A stretch of DNA of 64,000 nucleotides from an uncultured Acidobacteriota bacterium (GCA_963836075.1 CAWIIB010000009.1:3170602-3234601), one strand, 5' to 3'; counted from the first letter of the stretch, positions 45,944 to 54,115 are shown. The notes: generated by a model not told the origin, from the sequence alone. Numbers and translations are program-made.

Positions 45944-47616
45944 TATTCCGCTGTCAGGGCGTGGTCACTGAAGAGGTAGACCGTTCGACTGCCCACCTGT
46001 TTCTGGTATGTGGGTTCCTGGCCCAGGGTCTGCTGCACATCTTCCAGAAATCCCTCTTCCACCAGCACCAGCCGCGGTGGAGAACCGTCCCAGAAACGCC
46101 GCAGGTCCGACAGGCCTTCGATGACCCGGATGTTCTGTGCACCATAGTACGAGTATTCGGCCCGCCAGGCCCAGAGCCCGTAGGAGACGATGTCGGTCCC
46201 CGTGGACGCCTCGGCCTTGAGGATGGTGCCCACGGGCCGGGCGGACTTGTACTGGTTGCCGATGGGCAGCAGCCAGATCCCGGCGATGAGATAGATGGTG
46301 ACCGCCGTGGCGGCCAGCGCCGCGGGGGCCAGGGCCCGCAGTCGGCGGCTGATGATGATCCCGGTCCAGATGGCGGCGCTGCCGGCCAGCAGCGCCGCCG
46401 CGGTGGCCAGGGCAAGAGACAGGTATTGCGGGTAACGGGATGGAACCGCGACGATCAGCGCCAGGCCCGCGGCGGCAAAGATCACGGCCAGCAGGCCGTG
46501 GATCGAGAGGCCGGCGATCCTCAAACGGTCAGACAGCCGGCCGGTGGCCAGCCGGTGGATGACGTCTGCAGCGAGGATGGCCACCGCCGGAGCGATGGGC
46601 AGGACGTACGGCGACCGCTTGCTGTCGGAGAGGGAGAAGAAGAGGATGATGCCGATGATCCAGGCCCAGGAGAGTTTTCTCAGCAGCCGCTGATCATCGT
46701 CCCTGCCGGGCAGAAAGGCCGCCAGGGGGACGAACCAGGACCAGGGCGCGAAATCCTGCCAGAAATAGCCCAAATAGTAGTGCCAGGGCCGCTGGTGGTC
46801 CCAGGCGGCGACGAACCGGCTGAAATTCTGGCGGATGAGCACTTCGTTGATCACGTCGAAGTGCCCGCCGGCCAGGAGCACGCAGTACCACGACCCGCCC
46901 ACCGCCGCGAACAGCAGAACCCCGGGCCACATCCTGATGTTGAACAGCAGCCGCGGGCGGCGGGTGGCCAGCGCATAGAGGGTAAAGGCCACTGCGGGGA
47001 GGACCAGGGCCACCGGGCCCTTGGCCAGGAACCCGAGACCGGCGGCCAGGCCCGCCCAGAGCCAGCCGCGGTACTGGGGCATGCCGTGGTCCGCCATGCG
47101 GCTCAAAGGCAGCAGCGTGCCCACGGTGGAGGCCAGCACCAGAATGTCCATCTGTATGGAGCGGGCGCACCAGAAGACGATATACATGGTGCCCAGCAAT
47201 AGGCCGGAGATCAGGGCCCGGTTTCTCCCGGCGTAGGGCAGGACGAGATAACAGGTCAGGATGATGCCCAGCAGGGCCGCAGCCACCGAGGGGAGCCGCA
47301 GGGTGAACTCGTTGACGTTGCCGGTGACCCTGGAGGCGGCCAGGGCCATCCAATAGTAGAGAATCGGCTTTTCGGCGAAGACAGTGCCGTTCACCGTGGG
47401 GATCAGCCAGTCCCCGCGCTCGGACATCTCCACCACGGCCCGACCGTAGATCGGCTCGTTGGGGTTCCAGAGGTCCCGGGATCCGAGAGCGGCGGTGAAC
47501 AGGACTACGGCCCCGCAGACGAGGATTGCCAGATCCCGGACGCTCATTCGAAAGGCTGGATTAAGCTCAGTCGTCGTCCTCGCCATCGTCGTCCTCGCCA
47601 TCGTCGTCTTCACCAT
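45943..47616 (-). CDS. ArnT/PMT_2 (GT39/GT83-like) GT-C membrane glycosyltransferase
   Basis: Motif DLWNPNEPIYGRAVVEMSERGDWLIPTVNGTVFAEKPILYYWMALA..GFLAKGPVALVLP. ATG 47616 has GAGGA 6 nt upstream and forms an ATGGTGA overlap with the upstream stop. The alternative start is ATG 47547 (MSVRDLAIL). The 977-aa track ORF is a read-through artefact. Confidence 0.8.
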   Translation of the reverse strand: MVKTTMARTTMARTTTELNPAFRMSVRDLAILVCGAVVLFTAALGSRDLWNPNEPIYGRAVVEMSERGDWLIPTVNGTVFAEKPILYYWMALAASRVTGNVNEFTLRLPSVAAALLGIILTCYLVLPYAGRNRALISGLLLGTMYIVFWCARSIQMDILVLASTVGTLLPLSRMADHGMPQYRGWLWAGLAAGLGFLAKGPVALVLPAVAFTLYALATRRPRLLFNIRMWPGVLLFAAVGGSWYCVLLAGGHFDVINEVLIRQNFSRFVAAWDHQRPWHYYLGYFWQDFAPWSWFVPLAAFLPGRDDDQRLLRKLSWAWIIGIILFFSLSDSKRSPYVLPIAPAVAILAADVIHRLATGRLSDRLRIAGLSIHGLLAVIFAAAGLALIVAVPSRYPQYLSLALATAAALLAGSAAIWTGIIISRRLRALAPAALAATAVTIYLIAGIWLLPIGNQYKSARPVGTILKAEASTGTDIVSYGLWAWRAEYSYYGAQNIRVIEGLSDLRRFWDGSPPRLVLVEEGFLEDVQQTLGQEPTYQKQVGSRTVYLFSDHALTAE

Positions 47617-47617
47617 C
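47573..47617. repeat. 15-bp tandem repeat, three copies
   Basis: gtcgtcctcgccatc at 47573-47587 and 47588-47602, plus a degenerate copy gtcgtcttcaccatc at 47603-47617. It encodes (TTMAR)x2 at the putative N-terminus of the ArnT-like protein. Confidence 0.8.
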
Positions 47618-47934
47618 GTTCGTCCTCGGTGCCCGAATCGAGCAGTGTGCCATCCGGGGCGATGGTGATCTCGATTTCCTTCCCGTCTACCTTCCACTCT
47701 GCCTCGTAGAAAACTTTGTCCGGAAAAGTGATCTCCTCGATCTCCCGGACCTCGTGTGTTCCGGCCTCCTTGAGGATGGTGGCTTTCACTGCCGCGGGAA
47801 CCTGGTCCAGAGTGACACTCCGTTCCTTTCCCTTCGCCGGCGCATCGCCCGCCGAAGCCTGGAGCGGTGACGATGAGCAGACCGAGCACCAGAACTCCAA
47901 CCACGGCAAAAAACAGGACACGTGGGCTGTTCAT
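47610..47934 (-). CDS. Small periplasmic PepSY_like (BLIP-like) domain protein with an apparent +1 frameshift between signal peptide and domain
   Basis: ATG 47934 with GGGAGG 9 nt upstream encodes the signal MNSPRVLFFAVVGVLVLGLLIVTA. The domain VTLDQVPAAVKATILKEAGTHEVREIEEITFPDKVFYEAEWKVDGKEIEITIAPDGTLL lies in the next frame (track ORF 47610-47921). Confidence 0.6.
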
Positions 47935-48032
47935 CGAAACGACCTCCCTGGAATTCAAAGCATTTAACCGGTATCCGAAATGAGAGTCTTCAATTGCTGA
48001 CAGTATACCAAATGAAACCCCTTTTTGACGTT

Positions 48033-48890
48033 TCAACGCTCGGGACCCAGGTCGAGGTAGTTGTCCATCCGGCCGCCCAGCAGGCCGCTCGCCAGATGGT
48101 AGAGAGCGAAGAGTTCGAGGCCGAAGGGGAGGTAGCCGCCGTAGCCGAGGAGCGGCATCTCGAAGACATGGGCAAAATCGACGAAGGGCACGGTGTAAAC
48201 CCAGCGGGGAAAGGCCCAGTAGTTCCAGAGTTCCCAGAAGAAGCCGCAGACCAGCGCACCCAGCGCCAGGGAGAGGTGGGGTGCCCGGTTGCCCCGGGCC
48301 GCGGCCTGCTCGAGAGTGCGGTGGCCCAGCAGCCCGTTGAGCGCTGCGGTGACCAGGTAGGGCGCCACCCAGACAAAGGGGAAGAAGTAGCGGGGGAGGG
48401 CCAGGGTCAGGGAGAGGAGCAGGGCGCCGGCCAGCAGCATCAGCAGACGGCGGGCCGTGGTGTCCGGCAGCGGTCTGCCGTTGGAGAAACGGCGGACAAA
48501 GGCGAAACCGGAGAACCACTCTGCGGTGACGAAGACGGCGGGGATGACGGTGGAAAAGCTGACCGAGGCCAGAACGGCATACTCCAGGTCGCTGAACAGT
48601 TCCCGTCCCTGGTAGTGCCAGTTCTGCGTGCGCCAGTTGATCAGTTCGAAGAGCCACCAGGCCGGGGCGGAGACGAGGAACAGGCCGGCGAAGCGCCGCG
48701 GGCCGCGCAGCAGCAGGGAGTCGCCGCTCCGCCGGGCACTGAGAGCGTCCACCACGAGAATGTAGCCGAGCCAGAGGGGAAAGAAGAGAATGTGCGTGCG
48801 CGGGCCGTCCATTCCCCAGTTCAGCGGCCAGCAGACCGCCAGCAGCAGCAGACCGGCCCAGCCATGGAGCGGCCACCGTCGGCGGTTCAT
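48033..48890 (-). CDS. Hypothetical polytopic membrane protein
   Basis: ATG 48890 forms an ATGA overlap with the S9 peptidase stop. 285 aa with 7-8 hydrophobic helices and Trp-rich motifs (WWLFELINWRTQNWHY; FFWELWNYWAFPRWVY). The longer track ORF overlaps the S9 gene. Confidence 0.7.
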   Translation of the reverse strand: MNRRRWPLHGWAGLLLLAVCWPLNWGMDGPRTHILFFPLWLGYILVVDALSARRSGDSLLLRGPRRFAGLFLVSAPAWWLFELINWRTQNWHYQGRELFSDLEYAVLASVSFSTVIPAVFVTAEWFSGFAFVRRFSNGRPLPDTTARRLLMLLAGALLLSLTLALPRYFFPFVWVAPYLVTAALNGLLGHRTLEQAAARGNRAPHLSLALGALVCGFFWELWNYWAFPRWVYTVPFVDFAHVFEMPLLGYGGYLPFGLELFALYHLASGLLGGRMDNYLDLGPER

Positions 48891-51079
48891 CGCTCGCTCT
48901 CCGGTGGAGCGTCGGCAGCCGCCGCAGCGGCGGGCTGACCGTCCCGCTTGAGCCACTGGTCGAACCAGTCGAGGATCGAGGCGAGCCAGAACTGCTGGTC
49001 CGCCGGTTTGAGGATCCAGTGCCCCTCGGCGGGGAAGCGGATCATTTTCGAGGGTACGCCGCGGCGCTGGAGCGCGCTGAACATCGCCTCGCCGCCGGAG
49101 ATGTGGACCCGCCAGTCCAGGTCGCCGTGGGTGATCAGGTGCGGCGTGGAGAACTTTTCGGCATAGCGGATCGGGGACCAGCGGTCGGCCTGTTCCGGGT
49201 CGGCCCAGGGCGGGCCGCCCGATTCCCACTCCGGAAACCAGAGTTCTTCGGTGCAGCCCCAGGATACCCACTGGTCCGCTTCCCCGGCATGGGAAACCAG
49301 CACGCTCCACATCCCGTCCTCGTTGTGCCCCTGGAACCAGTTGCAGAGGAATCCGCCGAAGGAGCCGCCCCAGGCCCCGACCCTGTCGGGGTCGATGAAG
49401 GGGTATTGCCGGAGCACGTGGCGCACACCCAGGCGGATGTCTTCCACCACCCGGCCGTCCCAGTCGCCGTTGATCTGGTCGGTGAATTCCTGGCCGTATC
49501 CGGTGGAGCCCCGGGGGTTGCAGAAGAAGACCGCGTACCCGGCGCCGGCGAAAATGGCGAACTCGTGGCGGAAGGCGTAGCCGAACATTTGCTGCGGGCC
49601 GCCGTGGAGCCGCACCAGCAGCGGGTAGCGCTTTTGCGGATCGAAGCCCACGGGCCGGGCGAGAAAACCGTGCACCGGCGTGCCATCGGCGCCGGGGTAG
49701 AAGAACGATTCGGCATCGGGGATGTAGCGGGTGAGGTAGAGCTCGGCGTTGGTACTGGTGAGCTGATGCGGATCGCCTTTGAGCTGCGGCAGGTCTGCGG
49801 CTTTTTTGTCCGGGCGGGTGGCGGCGCGGACCAGCTCGTAGTAGCGGGTCATGGTCCGGTGGCGGTAGACCAGGAAGGAGCGGTCCGGGGCCTGCTGCAC
49901 ATCCAGGTGATACCCATGACCTGCTCCGCCGTCGCCACCGAGCACCAGTCGGACCTCGCCGCCCCCCACCCCCACGCCGAAGAGGTTGATGTCGCCCTGC
50001 TGTTCGGCCTCGAAGAGGATCGCCTCGCCGCTGCGGTCCCAGAAGAGGCGGCCGACGCTGTAGTCGAAACCGGCGGTGAGGGTGCGGGTTTCTCGCGTTT
50101 CCAGGTCCATCACCACCAGGTCGTACTGGTCGGACTCGTACCCGGGGCGGGCGGTGGCCCGCCAGGCCAGGAGCCGGCCGTCAGGGGAGAGGCGGGGCAG
50201 GGTGTCGGCCGCCGGGCTGGTGGTGATCTGCTGCACCGCGCCGCCGGCCACCGGGACACGCCAGATGTTCATGTCATAGGAGAGCGCACGGTTGTCGTCC
50301 TGGTTGCCCGCAAAGTAGAGCCAGGACCCGTCAGGGGAAAAGTCGAATTCCCGGCCGGCCGAGGCCAGCCAGTGGGTCAGGGCATCGTACTGCAGGTCCG
50401 GGGTGAGGTCCACCGCAGGGCCGCCGTCGGTGGAAACCAGGAAGAGGTGTGCCGCCTTGCCGTCCTCGTAGCGGTTCCAGTGGCGGTACAAAAGGGTGTG
50501 GTGCACTCTGGCGGTGACCTGGCGATCCTGCTTCTCCCGGTCCCGCTCAGCGGTGCAGGGGAGGTCGGGGCAGTCGGGGTAGACCCGGGCGGTGAAGAGC
50601 AGCGAGGTCCCATTGGGCGCCCACCAGAGATTGCCTGTCCCGCCATGGACGTCGGTGATCCGCTTCGCTTCGCCGCCCGCCAGCGGCAACAGGTGCACCT
50701 GGGGTTTGCCGCCATGGCGCGTGGAGAGGAAGGCCAGGGTTTTGCCGTCCGGCGACCAGCGGGGCGATTTGTCCGACCCGTGGTGGTGGGTCAGCTGCCG
50801 CGCTTCGCCGCCGGCGGCGGGCACCAGCCAGATGTCGGCGTTCTTGCGGTTCTCCGCCACGTCGGTGGTGGTGACCACGTAGGCCACCATGGTTCCATCG
50901 GGGGAGAGCTGCGGGTCGGAAACCGCTTTCAGCTGGTGGATGTCGGCGGGCGTGTAGGGACGTTCTCCGGCGCTGGCCGTTCCCGGGCGCGCCGAGCAGA
51001 GCCCGGCGGCCATGATCAGGGTAAGCAGTGTCATGGTCTGTCTGAGGGACTTCACGTCAATTCTCCCGGGTTTGGCCAT
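48887..51079 (-). CDS. S9 family serine peptidase (N-terminal beta-propeller + alpha/beta-hydrolase domain)
   Basis: ORF track 730 aa with a signal peptide. PD40-like blades (QLSPDGTMVAY, RWSPDGKTLAF, FSPDGSWLYF, LSPDGRLLAW). Nucleophile motif AWGGSFGGFL. Late motifs GDLD and EGH. Confidence 0.85.
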   Translation of the reverse strand: MAKPGRIDVKSLRQTMTLLTLIMAAGLCSARPGTASAGERPYTPADIHQLKAVSDPQLSPDGTMVAYVVTTTDVAENRKNADIWLVPAAGGEARQLTHHHGSDKSPRWSPDGKTLAFLSTRHGGKPQVHLLPLAGGEAKRITDVHGGTGNLWWAPNGTSLLFTARVYPDCPDLPCTAERDREKQDRQVTARVHHTLLYRHWNRYEDGKAAHLFLVSTDGGPAVDLTPDLQYDALTHWLASAGREFDFSPDGSWLYFAGNQDDNRALSYDMNIWRVPVAGGAVQQITTSPAADTLPRLSPDGRLLAWRATARPGYESDQYDLVVMDLETRETRTLTAGFDYSVGRLFWDRSGEAILFEAEQQGDINLFGVGVGGGEVRLVLGGDGGAGHGYHLDVQQAPDRSFLVYRHRTMTRYYELVRAATRPDKKAADLPQLKGDPHQLTSTNAELYLTRYIPDAESFFYPGADGTPVHGFLARPVGFDPQKRYPLLVRLHGGPQQMFGYAFRHEFAIFAGAGYAVFFCNPRGSTGYGQEFTDQINGDWDGRVVEDIRLGVRHVLRQYPFIDPDRVGAWGGSFGGFLCNWFQGHNEDGMWSVLVSHAGEADQWVSWGCTEELWFPEWESGGPPWADPEQADRWSPIRYAEKFSTPHLITHGDLDWRVHISGGEAMFSALQRRGVPSKMIRFPAEGHWILKPADQQFWLASILDWFDQWLKRDGQPAAAAAADAPPESER

Positions 51080-51176
51080 TCATCTGGATATCATCAATGT
51101 TTCCATTGTCATACGTGGGCCTGTCTGAAAATCCATCTTATGTCCAACGGCAGAGGCGGTCAAGAATCGGCACGCG

Positions 51177-51186
51177 GTGATATACT
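51177..51186 (+). promoter_or_regulatory. Extended -10 element GTGATATACT immediately upstream of the PqqD-like gene
   Basis: Identical to 40580-40589. It would place the transcription start only a few nt before ATG 51198/51204 (near-leaderless). Confidence 0.3.
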
Positions 51187-51197
51187 TCCATACCATC

Positions 51198-51587
51198 ATG
51201 TGGATGCGAAGAAAAAAGAAGGACCAGCCCGCGGTCAACATGCTCGACCTGACCCCGGTGCGGCAGCTGGAATCGGAAACCGGGCCGGACGGGCGGGTGA
51301 CGCTGCTCAAACCGCGGTTCACCAACCGGCTGCTGGTCAAATACCTGATGCCCCGGTTTTCCCGTCCCAATTTTCAGGTCACCCTCGACGAATTCGGCAG
51401 CCACGTCTGGAACCGCATCGACGGTTCAGCCACCGTGCGCGACATCGGCGGGAGCCTCCGCGAGGCTTTTGGTGAGGAGGTGGAGCCGGTGTACCAGCGC
51501 CTGGGCCTTTTTTTCAGACAGCTTGCGGCCAACCGGTTCATCCAGTTCACCGGCTGGCCAGGTACGGACGGCACACCGCTGGAATGA
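51198..51587 (+). CDS. Stand-alone PqqD-family (RRE-type) protein
   Basis: Motif VTLDEFGSHVWNRIDGSATVRDIGGSLREAFGEEVEPVYQRLGLFFRQLAANRFI, preceded by an about 55-aa basic N-terminal region. The start is uncertain (track GTG 51177; ATG 51198, 51204 or 51240). Confidence 0.7.
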   Translation: MWMRRKKKDQPAVNMLDLTPVRQLESETGPDGRVTLLKPRFTNRLLVKYLMPRFSRPNFQVTLDEFGSHVWNRIDGSATVRDIGGSLREAFGEEVEPVYQRLGLFFRQLAANRFIQFTGWPGTDGTPLE

Positions 51588-51589
51588 AA

Positions 51590-51622
51590 TTCAGCGATCT
51601 GCCGCTGAACCTTGTTTTTTTT
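51590..51622 (+). terminator. Intrinsic terminator after the PqqD-like gene
   Basis: Stem ttcagcg (51590-51596), loop atctgc, stem cgctgaa (51603-51609), then ccttg and T8 (51615-51622). Confidence 0.6.
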
Positions 51623-51715
51623 CCCGCCGCACCCAATATTAAAAGCAACAGCCGTTTCCCCTGATTTGAACGGCCGGGCTGCGGTCCGGTGCGCAGCGAA
51701 AAAGGAGAGAGCGTG

Positions 51716-52015
51716 ATGCACACCTATTTTCTGGCAACAAAGCTGTCCCCCGAGAGCGCCGTGAACGCCGAAGCGATCAAGGACAATGGCAAGAAGTGGC
51801 TTGATTCGGTAAAGCGGAACTGCCCGGGGGTGAAGTGGCTCGACCATTACGCGCTGTTCGGTCAATACGACTTCATCAGCATCTACCAGGCGCCGGACGT
51901 GGACACCGCGGCCAAGGTCTCGGTGATCAGCATGTCCCTGGGCGCCCAGAAGGCTGAGAGCTGGCCGGCCATTCCCTACGCCGACTTTATCAAGATGCTC
52001 GACGCCATCGAGTAG
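51716..52015 (+). CDS. GYD domain protein
   Basis: MHTYFLATKLSPE..FGQYDFISIYQAPDVDTAAKVSVISMSLG. ATG 51716 follows AAAGGAGAG; the track starts at 51689. Confidence 0.75.
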   Translation: MHTYFLATKLSPESAVNAEAIKDNGKKWLDSVKRNCPGVKWLDHYALFGQYDFISIYQAPDVDTAAKVSVISMSLGAQKAESWPAIPYADFIKMLDAIE

Positions 52016-52030
52016 TGGGTGACGCCAGGC

Positions 52031-54115
52031 TCAGCGCCGGGCCGCGGGTGTTTCGCCGCGGGCCAGCCTGAACAGCGCTTCCCAGCAGAGGTCCTCCACA
52101 TCCCGCCCGTCGGAGAGGTGCGTGCCGCTGCGCTGGTCCAGGGCGGCGGTGTAGGCTGCCCTGGCCTGTCCGGTGTTTCCCTGCCGTTCCAGTGCCTGCC
52201 CCCGGGCGTAGTGGGCCACTGCCCGGGGTGCCGCCTGGTCCCCGTCAGCCGGGCCGGGGCAGGCCGCGAGGATCATTTCAGCAAGCTCCAGCACCAGCGG
52301 CGGGTTCTCTCCGCTTTCGGACAAGGCGGCCAGCAGCAGGGCGCGGGTCACCTCGGTCCGCTGTTCGGGGTAGCTGCGCAACAGCCGTTCCAGGTGGCGC
52401 AGCGAGGAAGCGCCATCCCCCTCGCTCTGCTTCAGCGCGGCCAGGGCCCACAGCGCCTCCACCGCGTGGGGACTGGTGGGGTAGCGGGTGAGGAGCTGCT
52501 CCTGCAGCAGGCGTTCGGCCTCGGAGCGGAAACCGTAGTCGCTGAGGGCGCCGCAGAGGACCAGGAAGGCCTGGTCGGGTTCGTCCATCCCCGTCAGTTC
52601 GGTGCAGCTCTGCTCCAGCAGTCCGGCCGCATCTCCGGGGCGCTCCAGGCGGCGCAGGGCGGCGTAGGAACCGGCGGCCAGACGGGCGGTGTTTTCACCG
52701 CTGAGGGAAGCGCTGTCCAGGGCGGACCAGCTGTCCAGGGCGTCTGCGGGACGTGCCTGACGCAGGTGGTCTTCGCCGGCCTGAATGGTGCCGCTCACGG
52801 TCAGGCCCTGGTGGAACAGCAGGTCTCCGGTTGCGGGGTCGATCACCTGCAGCGCACCGTCGCCGCTGATCCAGGCCAGGCGGCCGCCGTCGGGGCATGC
52901 TGCGGCGAGGCGGTCCCGCTGGTTCTCCGAGACCACGCGGTTGCCGCTGCCATCCGGGGCGACACTGATCACGGTGCCGGTGTTGTCGTCGTCCGGCAGA
53001 CCAAGGTAGTAGGCCAGCTTCGAGCCGTCGGCGCTCCAGGCCAGGGGCAGGGCCAGGCCGGGGAGGCTGACCTCAGTCTCTTCACCGGCCTCGGAGGTGA
53101 CGCGAACTTCCAGCAACAGGTCGTCGTTCCCGTCGCGGATTCCGGAACTGGCGGCATAGGCCAGGCGCTTGCCGTCCGGGCTGTAGACCGGCGCCAGGCC
53201 GAACAGATCGTGCGCGATGGGGTGGGCTTCAGCGCTGTCCGGCCGCATGAGGAGCAGGGTTGCGAAGTCGTCCTCCTCCTCGACGGCTCCCTGCGCTGTG
53301 CGGGCGGACCACCTCGAACCGCGAGGGGGGGTGTCTTCCACGATGATGGCCAGGGTGTCGGCGGTGGGTGACCAGGTGAGGGAGGGCTGCGTTTCAGCGG
53401 TGCCGCTGCCGGCGGGCCAGAGTTCGAGAGGATTTGGCCGTTGCTCCCCATTGTGGTGGAAGACGGCAATTCTCGTTCCAGCGGCGGCACTTCCCGGCAC
53501 GGCCACGGCCAGCTGGGAACCATCGCGGCAGCCGCTGATCACCATCCACTCTCCTGCGGTGGAGGCGAATCTCGATCGGGAGCCGCTGGCCGGATCGATG
53601 CGCACCAGACGGTAGACCTCATCCTGGCCAAGATCCTGGGCGGCCAGGGTGCCGTCGGCCAGGGGGATGAAGGCTTCGGTGGCGGAAAAGTACCCTCCCC
53701 GGGCGCCGGTGTAGTGAATCAGGCCCACCTCGGTCGCAATGCCGGAGTTGATGTCGATGCCCATGATCGCCGCCGGGCGGCGTTCATCCTCCTCCCCGCC
53801 GGTGGTGCGGGCGCAGAAGAGTGTCCTGCCATGGGGAGCCCAGCGCGGCGCCAGCAGGTGGGGCAGGGCGGACGACTGTTCGACGGTGAGCAGTTTTCTC
53901 GTCGTGCCGCTTTCCGGCTCCACCAGCCAGAGTTCACTGCGGTCGCCGTCCTCGTTGCCGATGCACACCGCCAGCCGGTTTCCATCGGGTGACCAGGCCG
54001 CCAGGCTGGTGCTGCGGTTGAGCAGGCTGAAGTGACAGCCGGAGAGGATTAGCAGCGCCACGGCTGACAGTGCGAGGGCGGTCAGCGGCCGGCGTGGGGG
54101 TCTCTTTCTATTCAT
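52031..54115 (-). CDS. Lipoprotein with TolB/PD40-type beta-propeller repeats and C-terminal TPR region
   Basis: Lipobox LILSGC. Blades AAWSPDGNRLAV, RWAPHGRTLF, TWSPTADTLAI, VYSPDGKRLAY and AWSADGSKLAY. TPR-like C-terminus. ATG 54115 has GGAG upstream and overlaps the upstream stop by 8 nt. Confidence 0.8.
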   Translation of the reverse strand: MNRKRPPRRPLTALALSAVALLILSGCHFSLLNRSTSLAAWSPDGNRLAVCIGNEDGDRSELWLVEPESGTTRKLLTVEQSSALPHLLAPRWAPHGRTLFCARTTGGEEDERRPAAIMGIDINSGIATEVGLIHYTGARGGYFSATEAFIPLADGTLAAQDLGQDEVYRLVRIDPASGSRSRFASTAGEWMVISGCRDGSQLAVAVPGSAAAGTRIAVFHHNGEQRPNPLELWPAGSGTAETQPSLTWSPTADTLAIIVEDTPPRGSRWSARTAQGAVEEEDDFATLLLMRPDSAEAHPIAHDLFGLAPVYSPDGKRLAYAASSGIRDGNDDLLLEVRVTSEAGEETEVSLPGLALPLAWSADGSKLAYYLGLPDDDNTGTVISVAPDGSGNRVVSENQRDRLAAACPDGGRLAWISGDGALQVIDPATGDLLFHQGLTVSGTIQAGEDHLRQARPADALDSWSALDSASLSGENTARLAAGSYAALRRLERPGDAAGLLEQSCTELTGMDEPDQAFLVLCGALSDYGFRSEAERLLQEQLLTRYPTSPHAVEALWALAALKQSEGDGASSLRHLERLLRSYPEQRTEVTRALLLAALSESGENPPLVLELAEMILAACPGPADGDQAAPRAVAHYARGQALERQGNTGQARAAYTAALDQRSGTHLSDGRDVEDLCWEALFRLARGETPAARR

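Noticed and set aside
47567-47612. An acidic tail (NDGEDDDGEDDDGEDDD*) as a second frameshifted extension of the PepSY_like protein.
   Set aside because: The in-frame stop at 47610-47612 overlaps a well-supported ATG/SD for the next gene (ATGGTGA coupling). The repeat is better explained as the N-terminus of the ArnT-like protein or as intergenic sequence.
45943-48876. A 977-aa ORF in the track that spans the ArnT-like gene, the PepSY_like region and part of the membrane-protein gene.
   Set aside because: Only the C-terminal 535-558 codons look like a real (ArnT/PMT_2) protein. Upstream it is Arg/Pro/Gly-rich read-through that overlaps better-supported genes in other frames.
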